Notes under the pieces: generated by a model
The model's input: only the letters and a program-made list of their open reading frames with translations
What the model was told of the DNA's origin: nothing
Databases searched by the model: none
Translations under genes and position numbers: made by a program
Part shown: piece after piece, positions 8,298 through 8,354 of the stretch
Numbering within the stretch: the stretch's first letter is position 1
Layout of the letters: each line of letters starts with the position of its first letter
Origin: Tubiluchus corallicola
Taxonomy: Eukaryota; Animalia; Priapulida
Length of the DNA: 8,354 bases
Assembly (NCBI GenBank): GCA_030141605.1
Contig: JAQGDQ010002215.1
Span: forward strand, 1-8,354
Direction: 5' to 3'

Positions 8298-8354
8298 TGT
8301 GACGACCACTGGCACCATTTTTGACTCTCTATGGTGTATTGTATAAAAGAATAA
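8298..8354 (-). repeat. Inner (U5) end of the 5' LTR, truncated by the window edge
   Basis: Identical to 5760-5816 and adjacent to the PBS. Confidence 0.9.

Larger units (their letters stand above)
5760..8354 (-). mobile_element. LTR retrotransposon (Ty3/Gypsy-like), internally deleted and non-autonomous; 5' LTR runs off the window
   Basis: The direct repeat 5760-5816 = 8298-8354 (57/57) starts TGTGACG. A PBS lies next to the right-hand copy and a gag-like ORF is on the minus strand. No protease, RT or integrase was seen between the LTRs. Confidence 0.85.

Overview
This looks like AT-rich eukaryotic (probably animal) genomic DNA made almost entirely of nested transposon remnants, with no intact cellular gene or RNA gene. 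From left to right it contains: (1) the decayed 3' end of a non-LTR (LINE) ORF2; (2) a 3.9 kb Helitron-like composite (A|TC at 1309 to CTAG|T at 5243) of two related copies joined head-to-tail at CTAG|TC (3926/3927), where copy 1 has a mutated terminator and continues through a 1.6 kb GT-rich satellite to a second hairpin+CTAG end, and copy 2 has its middle replaced by a microsatellite and a minus-strand C-type lectin exon (QPD/WND); (3) a decayed LINE RT fragment (YADD); and (4) a minus-strand LTR retrotransposon interrupting that fragment, with a tRNA-Leu-type PBS, 57/57 identical visible LTR ends, a truncated gag-like ORF and no pol. All alignments were done by eye, and family assignments come from motif recognition rather than database searches.
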